Both the position numbers and the translations under genes were made by a program. The notes under the pieces were generated by a model that ran no database searches, was not told the origin of the DNA, and saw nothing but the letters and a program-made list of their open reading frames with translations. DNA of 14,731 nucleotides from Armatimonadia bacterium (GTDB lineage Bacteria; Armatimonadota; Zipacnadia; Zipacnadales; UBA11051), in contig JBDKRC010000025.1 of the NCBI GenBank assembly GCA_039683575.1, positions 1-14,731 on the forward strand, written 5' to 3'. Below, piece by piece: positions 7,777-14,731 of the stretch. How positions within the stretch are numbered: position 1 is the stretch's first letter; each line of letters starts with the position of its first letter.

Positions 7777-9138
7777 ATGGCACAGGACGCTTCAGGAACG
7801 CCCACGGCTTCTAGTGCTACGCTGGTGCGGCACATGGGGCTTTGGGCGCTGGTGATCTATGGCGTGGGGGACATGCTCGGCTCAGGGATATACGCGCTCA
7901 TCGGCAAGGCGGCCGGGATGCTCGGGAACGCCATCTGGCTGGGCTTTGCGGTGAGCATGGTGGCGGCGCTCTTGACGGCGCTGTCGTATGCCTCGCTCGG
8001 CTCGCGCTACCCGCGGGCGGCGGGAGCGGCGTATGTGACCCACCGCGCGTTTGGACGGCCGTTTCTGTCCTACCTGGTGGGGCTGGCGGTCATGGCGTCG
8101 GGGCTGACTTCGATGGGGACGCAGTCGCGGGCGTTCTCGGAGTACTTCTCGGCGCTGGTACCGGGGGTGCCTCCGTTGCTGATCATCATCGGCTTCATTC
8201 TGGTGCTGACAGCGGTCAACTTCTGGGGGATCAAAGAGTCCACGTGGCTCAACATCGTGTGCACCACGGTCGAGGTGTCGGGGCTGCTGATCATCATCGC
8301 GGTCGCGTGGCGCTACTGGGGAGGCATGAACTACCTCGAGGTGCCGCCGGTGGGCGCGCTGCCGGGAGTGCTGGGGCCGGCCTTGATCATGCAAGGGGCG
8401 GTGCTGACCTTCTACTCCTTTGTGGGCTTTGAGGACATGATCAACGTGGTGGAGGAAGTCAAAGACCCGCAGCGGACCTTCCCACGGGCGATTGTGCTGG
8501 CCATGATCGTGGTGACGCTGATCTACTTTGCCGTGAGCATCAGTGCGGTGTCGGTGGTGCCTTACGCGCAACTAGCGCAGTCGAAGCAGCCGCTGGTGGA
8601 TGTGGTGCGAACGGCAGCCCCGGGCTTCCCGCCCTTCATCTTCTCCGCGATTGCTCTGTTTGCGATCACAAATACTGCGCTACTCAACTACATCATGGGC
8701 TCGCGGCTGGCGTATGGTATGGCCTGCCAGGGCCTGCTTCCAGGCTTCTTGGGGTGTATCCATCCGCGGCGGCGCACTCCCCATCTTGCCATCTTGTGCC
8801 TGATGGGGCTGGTGCTGGTGCTCGCGGTTGGTTTTGATATCAAGCCGCTGGCGAAGGGTACGAGCGTGCTCTTGATGGCGGTCTTCGTGGTCATCAATGC
8901 GGCGCTGCTGGTGCTGCAGCGCCGCCGGGACGAGGCGAAGGGGTTCTTCGAGGTGCCGTGGATCGTCCCGGCTGGCGGGCTGCTGGTCTCGCTTTCGCTG
9001 CTGCTCCACGCTAAGGCGCCGGAGTTGCTGCTGGCGGGGTGCATTCTGGTGGTGATCACGGGGCTGTACTTCGTGGTGCGACCTCGGAATGTAACCGAGG
9101 AGACCTTCGTTGAGGCGGAGCACGACAATCTGGAGTGA
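7777..9138 (+). CDS. APC family amino acid permease (453 aa)
   Basis: GDMLGSGIY, YASLGSRYPRAAG, FYSFVGFE, EEVKDPQRTFPRAI, SRLAYGMA and IHPRRRTP motifs; many hydrophobic segments. GAGG SD before ATG 7777. The upstream part of the tracked ORF is REP DNA. Confidence 0.9.
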   Translation: MAQDASGTPTASSATLVRHMGLWALVIYGVGDMLGSGIYALIGKAAGMLGNAIWLGFAVSMVAALLTALSYASLGSRYPRAAGAAYVTHRAFGRPFLSYLVGLAVMASGLTSMGTQSRAFSEYFSALVPGVPPLLIIIGFILVLTAVNFWGIKESTWLNIVCTTVEVSGLLIIIAVAWRYWGGMNYLEVPPVGALPGVLGPALIMQGAVLTFYSFVGFEDMINVVEEVKDPQRTFPRAIVLAMIVVTLIYFAVSISAVSVVPYAQLAQSKQPLVDVVRTAAPGFPPFIFSAIALFAITNTALLNYIMGSRLAYGMACQGLLPGFLGCIHPRRRTPHLAILCLMGLVLVLAVGFDIKPLAKGTSVLLMAVFVVINAALLVLQRRRDEAKGFFEVPWIVPAGGLLVSLSLLLHAKAPELLLAGCILVVITGLYFVVRPRNVTEETFVEAEHDNLE

Positions 9139-9208
9139 TGGCCGGCAAACTGAACTCTGCAGGCCCCAAAGCAATCCTTGTAGTATCAGATCTGCAGAGG
9201 TGGTCACC

Positions 9209-9400
9209 ATGGAATGCCGACTCACGCTCAACGAGGACGAATGGAAACTACTGCTGACCCTGCTGCACCACGAAAGGCAGGAGATGTCCACGCTGATCCG
9301 CCGCATGGAGACAGCCGCACCGCGCAGGGAATTGCATGCCAAGCGCGACATGGTAGATCGGGTTATCGAGCAGGTGGAGATGCAACTGGTGCCGGCCTGA
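9209..9400 (+). CDS. Small hypothetical helical protein (63 aa)
   Basis: GAGGTG SD 6 nt before ATG 9209. MECRLTLNEDEWKLLLTLLHHERQEMSTLIRR... has amphipathic helical periodicity and fills the intergenic gap. Confidence 0.7.
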   Translation: MECRLTLNEDEWKLLLTLLHHERQEMSTLIRRMETAAPRRELHAKRDMVDRVIEQVEMQLVPA

Positions 9401-9403
9401 TAA

Positions 9404-9432
9404 TAGACTTAGGAGGAATTCTCCTTTAATAT
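9404..9432 (+). promoter_or_regulatory. Putative sigma70 promoter for fic-hydF, with a palindrome in the spacer
   Basis: TAGACT (9404-9409)-N17-TAATAT (9427-9432) in an AT-rich patch. The spacer contains AGGAG-GAATT-CTCCT (9411-9425). Confidence 0.5.
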
Positions 9433-9449
9433 CTAAACTGCGAAACCTA

Positions 9450-9508
9450 CATGGAAGTCATCTGTCCTAAATAACGGCAGTTGATGCGAAAGAGGACTGA
9501 CTTCCATG
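9450..9508 (+). promoter_or_regulatory. Leader hairpin occluding the Fic SD and start codon
   Basis: Perfect 11-bp inverted repeat catggaagtca (9450-9460) / tgacttccatg (9498-9508), plus gtcct (9464-9468) / aggac (9493-9497). Confidence 0.6.
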
Positions 9509-10690
9509 GATAGTTCGGAGATACGCAGTGACCGCGCTGGCAGTGTTAGTGCCATCCCCGGCGGACTCTGCGCTTTTGTACCGGATCGCTTCCCCCCGGC
9601 CCTGAGGATAGAGGGTGAACTGCTGCTGGCTTTGTCCCGCGCCGAAGCGGCCTTGGGCGCGCTCGATGGTGCCGTCGGGCTGCTGCCAGCGATGGAGAGG
9701 CTGGTCGTGCCGATGCAAATCGCTGAAGCGGCGGCGAGTTGTCGCATCGAGGGCGCAAGCCTGGACTGGGAAGAGGCGCTGGAGGCCGATTTGCTCCCCA
9801 GTGTTCCCACGGACACCGAACTGCATGACATCAAGCACTATCTGCAGGCGCAAAGGGTGGCCTGGAGCAAGCGAGGCACGATGCCCCTCGACCTTGAGGC
9901 GGTACGTACGTTGCATGGCGAGATCATGACGGGACCACGCGGGAACCTGGCCTCCCCGGGCGAGTTCCGGCAGATCCAGATCTTCGTGGGCGTGCGGCAG
10001 AAACGGCTGGCTACCGCCTCGTACGTGCCGCCGCCGCAGGCGCTGGTACCGGGGCTGATGCAGGCGTGGGAGCGATATGCGCAGGAAGACGGGTCACTGC
10101 CACCGCTTCTGCAGACGGCGTTGCTGCACGGCCAGTTTGAGCTGATCCACCCCTTCCGTGATGGTAACGGCAAGACCGGGCGGTTGCTTATGGGGCTGTT
10201 TTTGCAGTCGCGCGGCCGCCTGCAGCATCCGGTACTATTCCTGAGCCAGTGGTTCGAGAAGCACCGCCGGGACTACTATGAACTGCTGCGGGGCATCAGC
10301 CACGACGGCGAGTGGGAGGAGTGGGCGCTGTACTTCCTCGACGGTGTGACTGAGCAATCGGCCAAGGCCGTGGCGACTCTGCGAGAGCTGGCGAGACTGC
10401 GGGAGGACCTGCGGTGCCGGCTGAAGACTGCGAAGGCCACCGGTACGGCACCAAACCTGATCGACACGTTGTTTGAGAATCCATACACAAGCACGGCGCG
10501 AGTCACTTCGAAGCTTGGCGTGAGCGTGCCGACGGCTCGGGGGGCACTGGCGCTGCTGGCGAACTGCGGCGTGATCGAGGAACTCACCGGACGCAAGCGG
10601 GGCCAGCGGTTCTGCGCCACCCCAATCCTCGAAGCCTTGCGCGGCCCGGTCGAGGAAGTCCCAGAACTGGTAGGACATCAGATATGTTAG
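9506..10690 (+). CDS. Fic family protein (Fic_N + Fic + C-terminal winged-helix-like region), class II-like
   Basis: AFVP..FPP N-terminus; SCRIEG, matching the inhibitory (S/T)xxxE(G/N)-type motif; PGEFR; YVPPP; HGQFELIHPFRDGNGKTGR; C-terminal LFENPY...LGVSVPTA...GVIEELTGRKR. Confidence 0.92.
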   Translation: MDSSEIRSDRAGSVSAIPGGLCAFVPDRFPPALRIEGELLLALSRAEAALGALDGAVGLLPAMERLVVPMQIAEAAASCRIEGASLDWEEALEADLLPSVPTDTELHDIKHYLQAQRVAWSKRGTMPLDLEAVRTLHGEIMTGPRGNLASPGEFRQIQIFVGVRQKRLATASYVPPPQALVPGLMQAWERYAQEDGSLPPLLQTALLHGQFELIHPFRDGNGKTGRLLMGLFLQSRGRLQHPVLFLSQWFEKHRRDYYELLRGISHDGEWEEWALYFLDGVTEQSAKAVATLRELARLREDLRCRLKTAKATGTAPNLIDTLFENPYTSTARVTSKLGVSVPTARGALALLANCGVIEELTGRKRGQRFCATPILEALRGPVEEVPELVGHQIC

Positions 10691-11940
10691 CGACACCCAA
10701 AGGTTTTCGGCTGCACATCGGCCTGTTCGGCCGTCGCAATGTTGGCAAGTCGTCCATCCTGAACGCGCTGACGCGGCAGGATGTGTCCATCGTCTCTGAT
10801 ATAGCCGGGACGACCACCGACCCGGTGGAGAAGCCGATGGAGCTTCTGCCGCTGGGGCCGGTGCTGTTCATTGACACCGCGGGAATTGATGATGTAGGGG
10901 CGCTGGGGGAGATGCGGGTGGCGCGGACGAAGCAGATTTTCGACCGGTGCGATCTGGGAGTCATCATTACGACTGCCGGGGAGGGAACGGACGGCTGGGG
11001 GCCGTTTGAGGAAGAGATACTGAGAGAACTGCACGAGCGGCAGATTCCGGTCATCGTGGTGCTGAACAAGGTGGACCTCGGAGCGCCGGAGCAGTCGCTG
11101 CTGGAGCGGTTCAAGGCGGCGAAGATTCCCGTCGTGCAGACTGTCGCGGTTGAGGGGACGGGGCTGCTGGAGCTTCGCGAGGCGCTGATCAAGCACGCGC
11201 CCGAAGACTTCATCAACATGCCCTCCATCATGGGGGACCTGCTCCCGGCGGGGGAACTGGCGGTGCTGGTGGTGCCGATAGACCTGGAGGCGCCAAAGGG
11301 GCGGCTGATTTTGCCGCAGGTCAATGCGATCCGCGATGTGCTCGACAATGACGCGTACTGCCTGGTGGTTAAGGAGCGGGAACTGCGGGACGCCATCGAG
11401 CGGCTGAAGCGGCCGCCGGCCCTGGTGGTGACGGATTCACAGGGGTTTCTGAAGGTCGCGGCCGATACGCCGTCTGACGTGCCGATGACCTCCTTCTCGA
11501 TCATCTTTGCACGGTACCGCGGCGACCTGTTCGAGTTCGTGCGTGGCGCGCTGACGATTGACCATCTGCGGCCCGGCGACAGGATTCTGGTGGCCGAGGC
11601 GTGCTCGCACCATCCCATCGGCGAGGACATCGGCACGGTGAAGATTCCGCGCTGGCTGACGCAGTACGTGGGCGGCAGGCTGGAGTTCGACAACGTGCAG
11701 GGGCATGATTTCCCGGAGGACGTCACGCCCTACAAGCTGATCGTGCACTGCGGAGGCTGCATGTGGAACCGGCGCGAGATGCTGTCACGCATCCTGCGTT
11801 GCCGGCAGCAGGGCGTGCCGATCACGAACTATGGCGTGACCATCGCGTACAGCCTGGGGATCTTTGAGCGGGCGCTGGGGCCGTTCCCGTCGGCGCTGGA
11901 GGAGTACCGGCGATACCGGCGGGAGCAGGCGGGGAAGTAG
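10684..11940 (+). CDS. hydF: [FeFe]-hydrogenase H-cluster maturation GTPase HydF
   Basis: GRRNVGKS P-loop, GTTTDPV, DTAG, NKVD, APKGRLILPQ, TDSQ, TSFSI, and the Fe-S motif EACSHH...HCGGCM. Confidence 0.96.
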   Translation: MLATPKGFRLHIGLFGRRNVGKSSILNALTRQDVSIVSDIAGTTTDPVEKPMELLPLGPVLFIDTAGIDDVGALGEMRVARTKQIFDRCDLGVIITTAGEGTDGWGPFEEEILRELHERQIPVIVVLNKVDLGAPEQSLLERFKAAKIPVVQTVAVEGTGLLELREALIKHAPEDFINMPSIMGDLLPAGELAVLVVPIDLEAPKGRLILPQVNAIRDVLDNDAYCLVVKERELRDAIERLKRPPALVVTDSQGFLKVAADTPSDVPMTSFSIIFARYRGDLFEFVRGALTIDHLRPGDRILVAEACSHHPIGEDIGTVKIPRWLTQYVGGRLEFDNVQGHDFPEDVTPYKLIVHCGGCMWNRREMLSRILRCRQQGVPITNYGVTIAYSLGIFERALGPFPSALEEYRRYRREQAGK

Positions 11941-11963
11941 GCGTCTCTTAGCTGGCATAGCTG

Positions 11964-11996
11964 AAACAGGGGCAGGCGGTTCGCCTGCCCCTGTTT
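11964..11996. terminator. Bidirectional terminator-like hairpin between convergent genes
   Basis: Perfect 15-bp stem aaacaggggcaggcg / cgcctgcccctgttt with a gtt loop. Confidence 0.7.
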
Positions 11997-12026
11997 GCGT
12001 CAGGGCTTTCGTATGCCATTCCAAGC

Positions 12027-12050
12027 GGGCGGACCGCGGTCCGCCCCTGC
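12027..12050 (-). repeat. REP-like palindrome (GCAG-GGGCGGACC-GC-GGTCCGCCC)
   Basis: Perfect 20-bp palindrome at 12027-12046, preceded on the minus strand by GCAG. Confidence 0.55.
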
Positions 12051-12071
12051 GGTGACGGCGTCTGGGGGTTT

Positions 12072-12098
12072 CGGCACACGGAGTGTGCCTCCCACGCG
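12072..12098 (-). repeat. REP-like palindrome (GTGG-GA-GGCACAC-TCC-GTGTGCC)
   Basis: Covarying copy of 1151-1177. Confidence 0.65.
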
Positions 12099-12108
12099 TT
12101 TGGTTTGG

Positions 12109-14661
12109 TTAGTGACTCAGCTTTGCGATCCGCTCCGCGAGGCCCTTCCTGAAGCGGTCGAACACCGCGTAGTCGTTCTCGTCCCCGCCTGAGAGGTACT
12201 TCACGATCAGGTTATGGAAGCCTGTCTCCCCGGACTTGGCTGCGTAGTCGTTGACGAAGTCCTGCTTGATGCGGTCGCCGTTGATGAACGAGTTGATGAA
12301 GCGCTGCGCTTCGGCGGCGTCCTTGCTGCCGCGGTTGGCGGCGATGAGCGCCCTCAGGGTCGCGAGGTACTTGCTGTCCTTGACGCCCTCGCGTACGCCC
12401 TTGATGGCGAAGGTGGGATTGGGTAGCGCGTCCCAGGCCGGATATGAGAGCAGGTAATCCTGCTCCTGGTGGTCTTCCTGGTATTTTGGGTTGTTGTCGA
12501 AGTCATTGTAGGGGTCGGCATTGAGCAGGGCGGCGTAGCCCCAGTTGCACACGGCTTTGGCCTGGGTGCGCTCGGCGTAGAAGCTGTGCAGAAAGCGGTT
12601 GTAGATTGGGTTGCGGAGCTGCGCGTAGTCAGTGGTGTAGTATCCGAAGGTCTCGGTGAAGCTGGGCTTGTCGCTGAAGGGTATCGGCCGCGCGAAGGCC
12701 CAGAACTTGAAGTCAACAAGGTCGGTCAGGGGCGCAAGGTATGTCGCCAGTATCTCCTTGCCCTCCTGGGTCGTGACTTTCGTGGTCAAAACACCGTCAT
12801 CTTCCGGCCGGCAGTCGGGACAGCGGAGTTTCCGGTCCGCATTGTCATTGTAGGTAATCCACGTCCTCATCCCCACTTCCCGTACCAGCCGGTGCCAGCG
12901 GTCTGCCATCACACGTCGATCCAGGTGAGCGCTGGGCTCATCAGGCCCGGAGAGCACGATCTCAGTGCCGTATTTCGCGCCAACGGCCTTGATCTGGCGC
13001 AGGGCAGCCTTGAAGTTCTCTACGAACTGCGGGTCGGTGGCTCGCTGCCAGTCGTTCTTGTTCTCAAAGTCAGCAACGCACGCTTTGATCACCTTGCCGG
13101 GGAGAGGATTGATGAGGTAGAACGCCTTGTCATCTATCAGGCCCTGGGCTTTGAGCTTCGAAATCTGTTCTTCGAAAGCACTGGTATCGACGAAGCACTT
13201 GCCGTCCCTGTTTCCTACCACAATCGAAGCCAGATCGCCGATGGTGCAGTGGATGCCATGGGCGGTCATGTCCTGGACGATGCCAGAGCCGTAGTAGGAG
13301 TACTGCGGCAGGCTGTTGCGGTTGACGTACGGGTTGTGGTAGAAGACATCCACGTGGCCGGCGCGCTGGAGCTTGACGGGCACGACCTCGAGGCTCAGAG
13401 GAATCTCGCCCTCTTTCTGACCCTTGCGCAAGATGCTGATCGTGCCGGAGTACACGCCGCCGGGCAGGTTGTCCCCGACGTTGATCTCACCCCAGAACTC
13501 CTGGCTGCTGTTCGCCGGGATGTCAATCGTCTGGAAACTCTTGGGGTAGTCGGGCATCAGGCCATAGACTCTGATTGACTTCTCGCCCGCATTCCTCTGC
13601 CGGGCCCAGTACTTGTCAGCATAGATGACTTGCTGGACGGTGATGCTCTGAGCGGGCAACGTCGCCCCAGCCGCATTCTTCAGATCGTTGACCTGGAAGG
13701 ACAGGTTGGCGAGGTTGCTCTTGGCGTGTATTCCGAAGGCGAAGGGCTCGGTCTCTGAAAGCGCCGAGACGATGGCGATGGGGCGCTTGATCTCATCGGC
13801 GAGGGGGACCTGGTTGGGGTAGATTGGCTTCATGGCGGGGACGGAGAACCAGGTGTAGTCGCCCTGGTAGGGCGGCAGTTGGTTGCGTTCCCGGTAGTCA
13901 TGCCTGACAGCGCCGAGCGACTGCTCCTGCCAGTCCGTGAAGGCCCTGGCCTGCTCGGGCTTGAGGATGTGCAGCGCGACGTAATCGATGGGCACGTCCG
14001 CGACTCCGGCGGCATTGCGCTCGTCGGAGAGCTGGATCGTGTACTTGCCGCCGATGGCGCGGAGGCGCTGCCAGTCTGTCTTCGGCAGGTAGATCTGCTC
14101 GTATTTCCACTCGCCGTCGTTCTGGCCAAGCAACCTCCCCACTCTCAGGTAGTCCTGGAGCTGGTTGCTCTTGTCGCCATAGGCCACCTTGGTGTCCACG
14201 AAGACCCGGCTGACGCTTGCCTCCTTGGACTTGTCGTCCTGGTACACGTCCTTATACCTGATCTCCAGCAGCAGGTCTTCGGTCGGGAAGCCCCGGCTGT
14301 CTTGCTGGCCGATAGCCGGGAAGCACAGTCGGAGTCGTCCCGAGGCGGCTTTGCGTTGTCCCCTTGCCGTAGCCAGAGCCGGTTTGGTCTTCAGGCGCCT
14401 GAAGTTGAAGCCGCCCTCGGTCTCTGCGGGGCCGAAATACTCGTCCAGCCGCCTGGGCTGGTTGCTTGAGTCCTTTATCTCTATCTCGGCGTTCTCCTGC
14501 GCTGAGCCGAGGTCGAGACACACCGAGGTCGCGCCATTGAGACAGCCGAAAACCGGTCGCGAGCCTGCGCCCTGATCCTGGCTGAAGGTCTGTCCACCGC
14601 CCAGCAAAAGCACGAACATGACGGGAAACAGGCGGATCGGTATTCTCCAGAGCTTGGCCAC
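12109..14661 (-). CDS. Secreted GH123/DUF4091-like glycoside hydrolase-like protein (850 aa)
   Basis: GTG start with AGGGGT SD and a signal-peptide-like N-terminus. GH123-type N-domain motifs ETEPFAFGI, LMPDY, QEFWGEINV...PGGVYSGTI...IPLSLEV. GPDEP in the barrel region; C-terminal GVREGVKDSKYLATL. Confidence 0.7.
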   Translation of the reverse strand: MAKLWRIPIRLFPVMFVLLLGGGQTFSQDQGAGSRPVFGCLNGATSVCLDLGSAQENAEIEIKDSSNQPRRLDEYFGPAETEGGFNFRRLKTKPALATARGQRKAASGRLRLCFPAIGQQDSRGFPTEDLLLEIRYKDVYQDDKSKEASVSRVFVDTKVAYGDKSNQLQDYLRVGRLLGQNDGEWKYEQIYLPKTDWQRLRAIGGKYTIQLSDERNAAGVADVPIDYVALHILKPEQARAFTDWQEQSLGAVRHDYRERNQLPPYQGDYTWFSVPAMKPIYPNQVPLADEIKRPIAIVSALSETEPFAFGIHAKSNLANLSFQVNDLKNAAGATLPAQSITVQQVIYADKYWARQRNAGEKSIRVYGLMPDYPKSFQTIDIPANSSQEFWGEINVGDNLPGGVYSGTISILRKGQKEGEIPLSLEVVPVKLQRAGHVDVFYHNPYVNRNSLPQYSYYGSGIVQDMTAHGIHCTIGDLASIVVGNRDGKCFVDTSAFEEQISKLKAQGLIDDKAFYLINPLPGKVIKACVADFENKNDWQRATDPQFVENFKAALRQIKAVGAKYGTEIVLSGPDEPSAHLDRRVMADRWHRLVREVGMRTWITYNDNADRKLRCPDCRPEDDGVLTTKVTTQEGKEILATYLAPLTDLVDFKFWAFARPIPFSDKPSFTETFGYYTTDYAQLRNPIYNRFLHSFYAERTQAKAVCNWGYAALLNADPYNDFDNNPKYQEDHQEQDYLLSYPAWDALPNPTFAIKGVREGVKDSKYLATLRALIAANRGSKDAAEAQRFINSFINGDRIKQDFVNDYAAKSGETGFHNLIVKYLSGGDENDYAVFDRFRKGLAERIAKLSH

Positions 14662-14690
14662 AAGTGCACCCCTGAGCGAGACATACCCTT

Positions 14691-14699
14691 AGTATAACA
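14691..14699 (-). promoter_or_regulatory. Extended -10 promoter
   Basis: Minus strand TG-T-TATACT, about 30 nt upstream of GTG 14661. Confidence 0.6.
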
Positions 14700-14731
14700 A
14701 CATTGGTGGTGACTTAGACATCCATTAGTCG

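Noticed and set aside
9209-9400. Canonical VbhA-type Fic antitoxin
   Set aside because: No (S/T)xxxE(G/N) motif, and the Fic protein carries its own SCRIEG motif.
9401-9505. Fluoride riboswitch or twister/pistol ribozyme
   Set aside because: Only short fragments resemble these consensuses; key conserved residues and pseudoknots could not be placed.
1122-13578. Long antisense or alternate-frame ORFs (e.g. 1122-1880, 1953-2849, 2868-3581, 4628-5791, 5936-7006, 10584-11726, 12469-13578)
   Set aside because: They are shadow frames of well-supported genes in high-GC DNA, with no recognisable motifs.

Overview
High-GC (by eye) bacterial DNA. The [37 protein letters not shown] prepilin type suggests Armatimonadota or a relative; this is an inference. 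Left to right: a 3'-truncated URO-D/MtaA-family gene (minus strand, missed by the ORF track); three tandem DUF1559-type prepilin/H-X9-DG genes (minus); a divergent 1286-aa secreted CBM9-like/glycoside-hydrolase-like protein; an APC amino-acid permease; a 63-aa ORF; a Fic-wHTH gene overlapping hydF; and a convergent secreted GH123/DUF4091-like protein. The most notable structure is non-coding. Each pilin-like gene is a self-contained cassette: an AGGT-N17-GAA(T/G)ATGG sigmaH-like promoter, a covarying TTGG...CCAA leader hairpin, a GGAGG SD, the gene, and a near-identical terminator. The first paralog is a sequence mosaic of the other two. The divergent CAZyme-like gene has the same promoter geometry, back-to-back with the third cassette. 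Also present are a covarying GTRG-type REP family and a hairpin that hides the Fic ribosome-binding site and start codon. All family calls are from motif recognition by eye; no searches were run.
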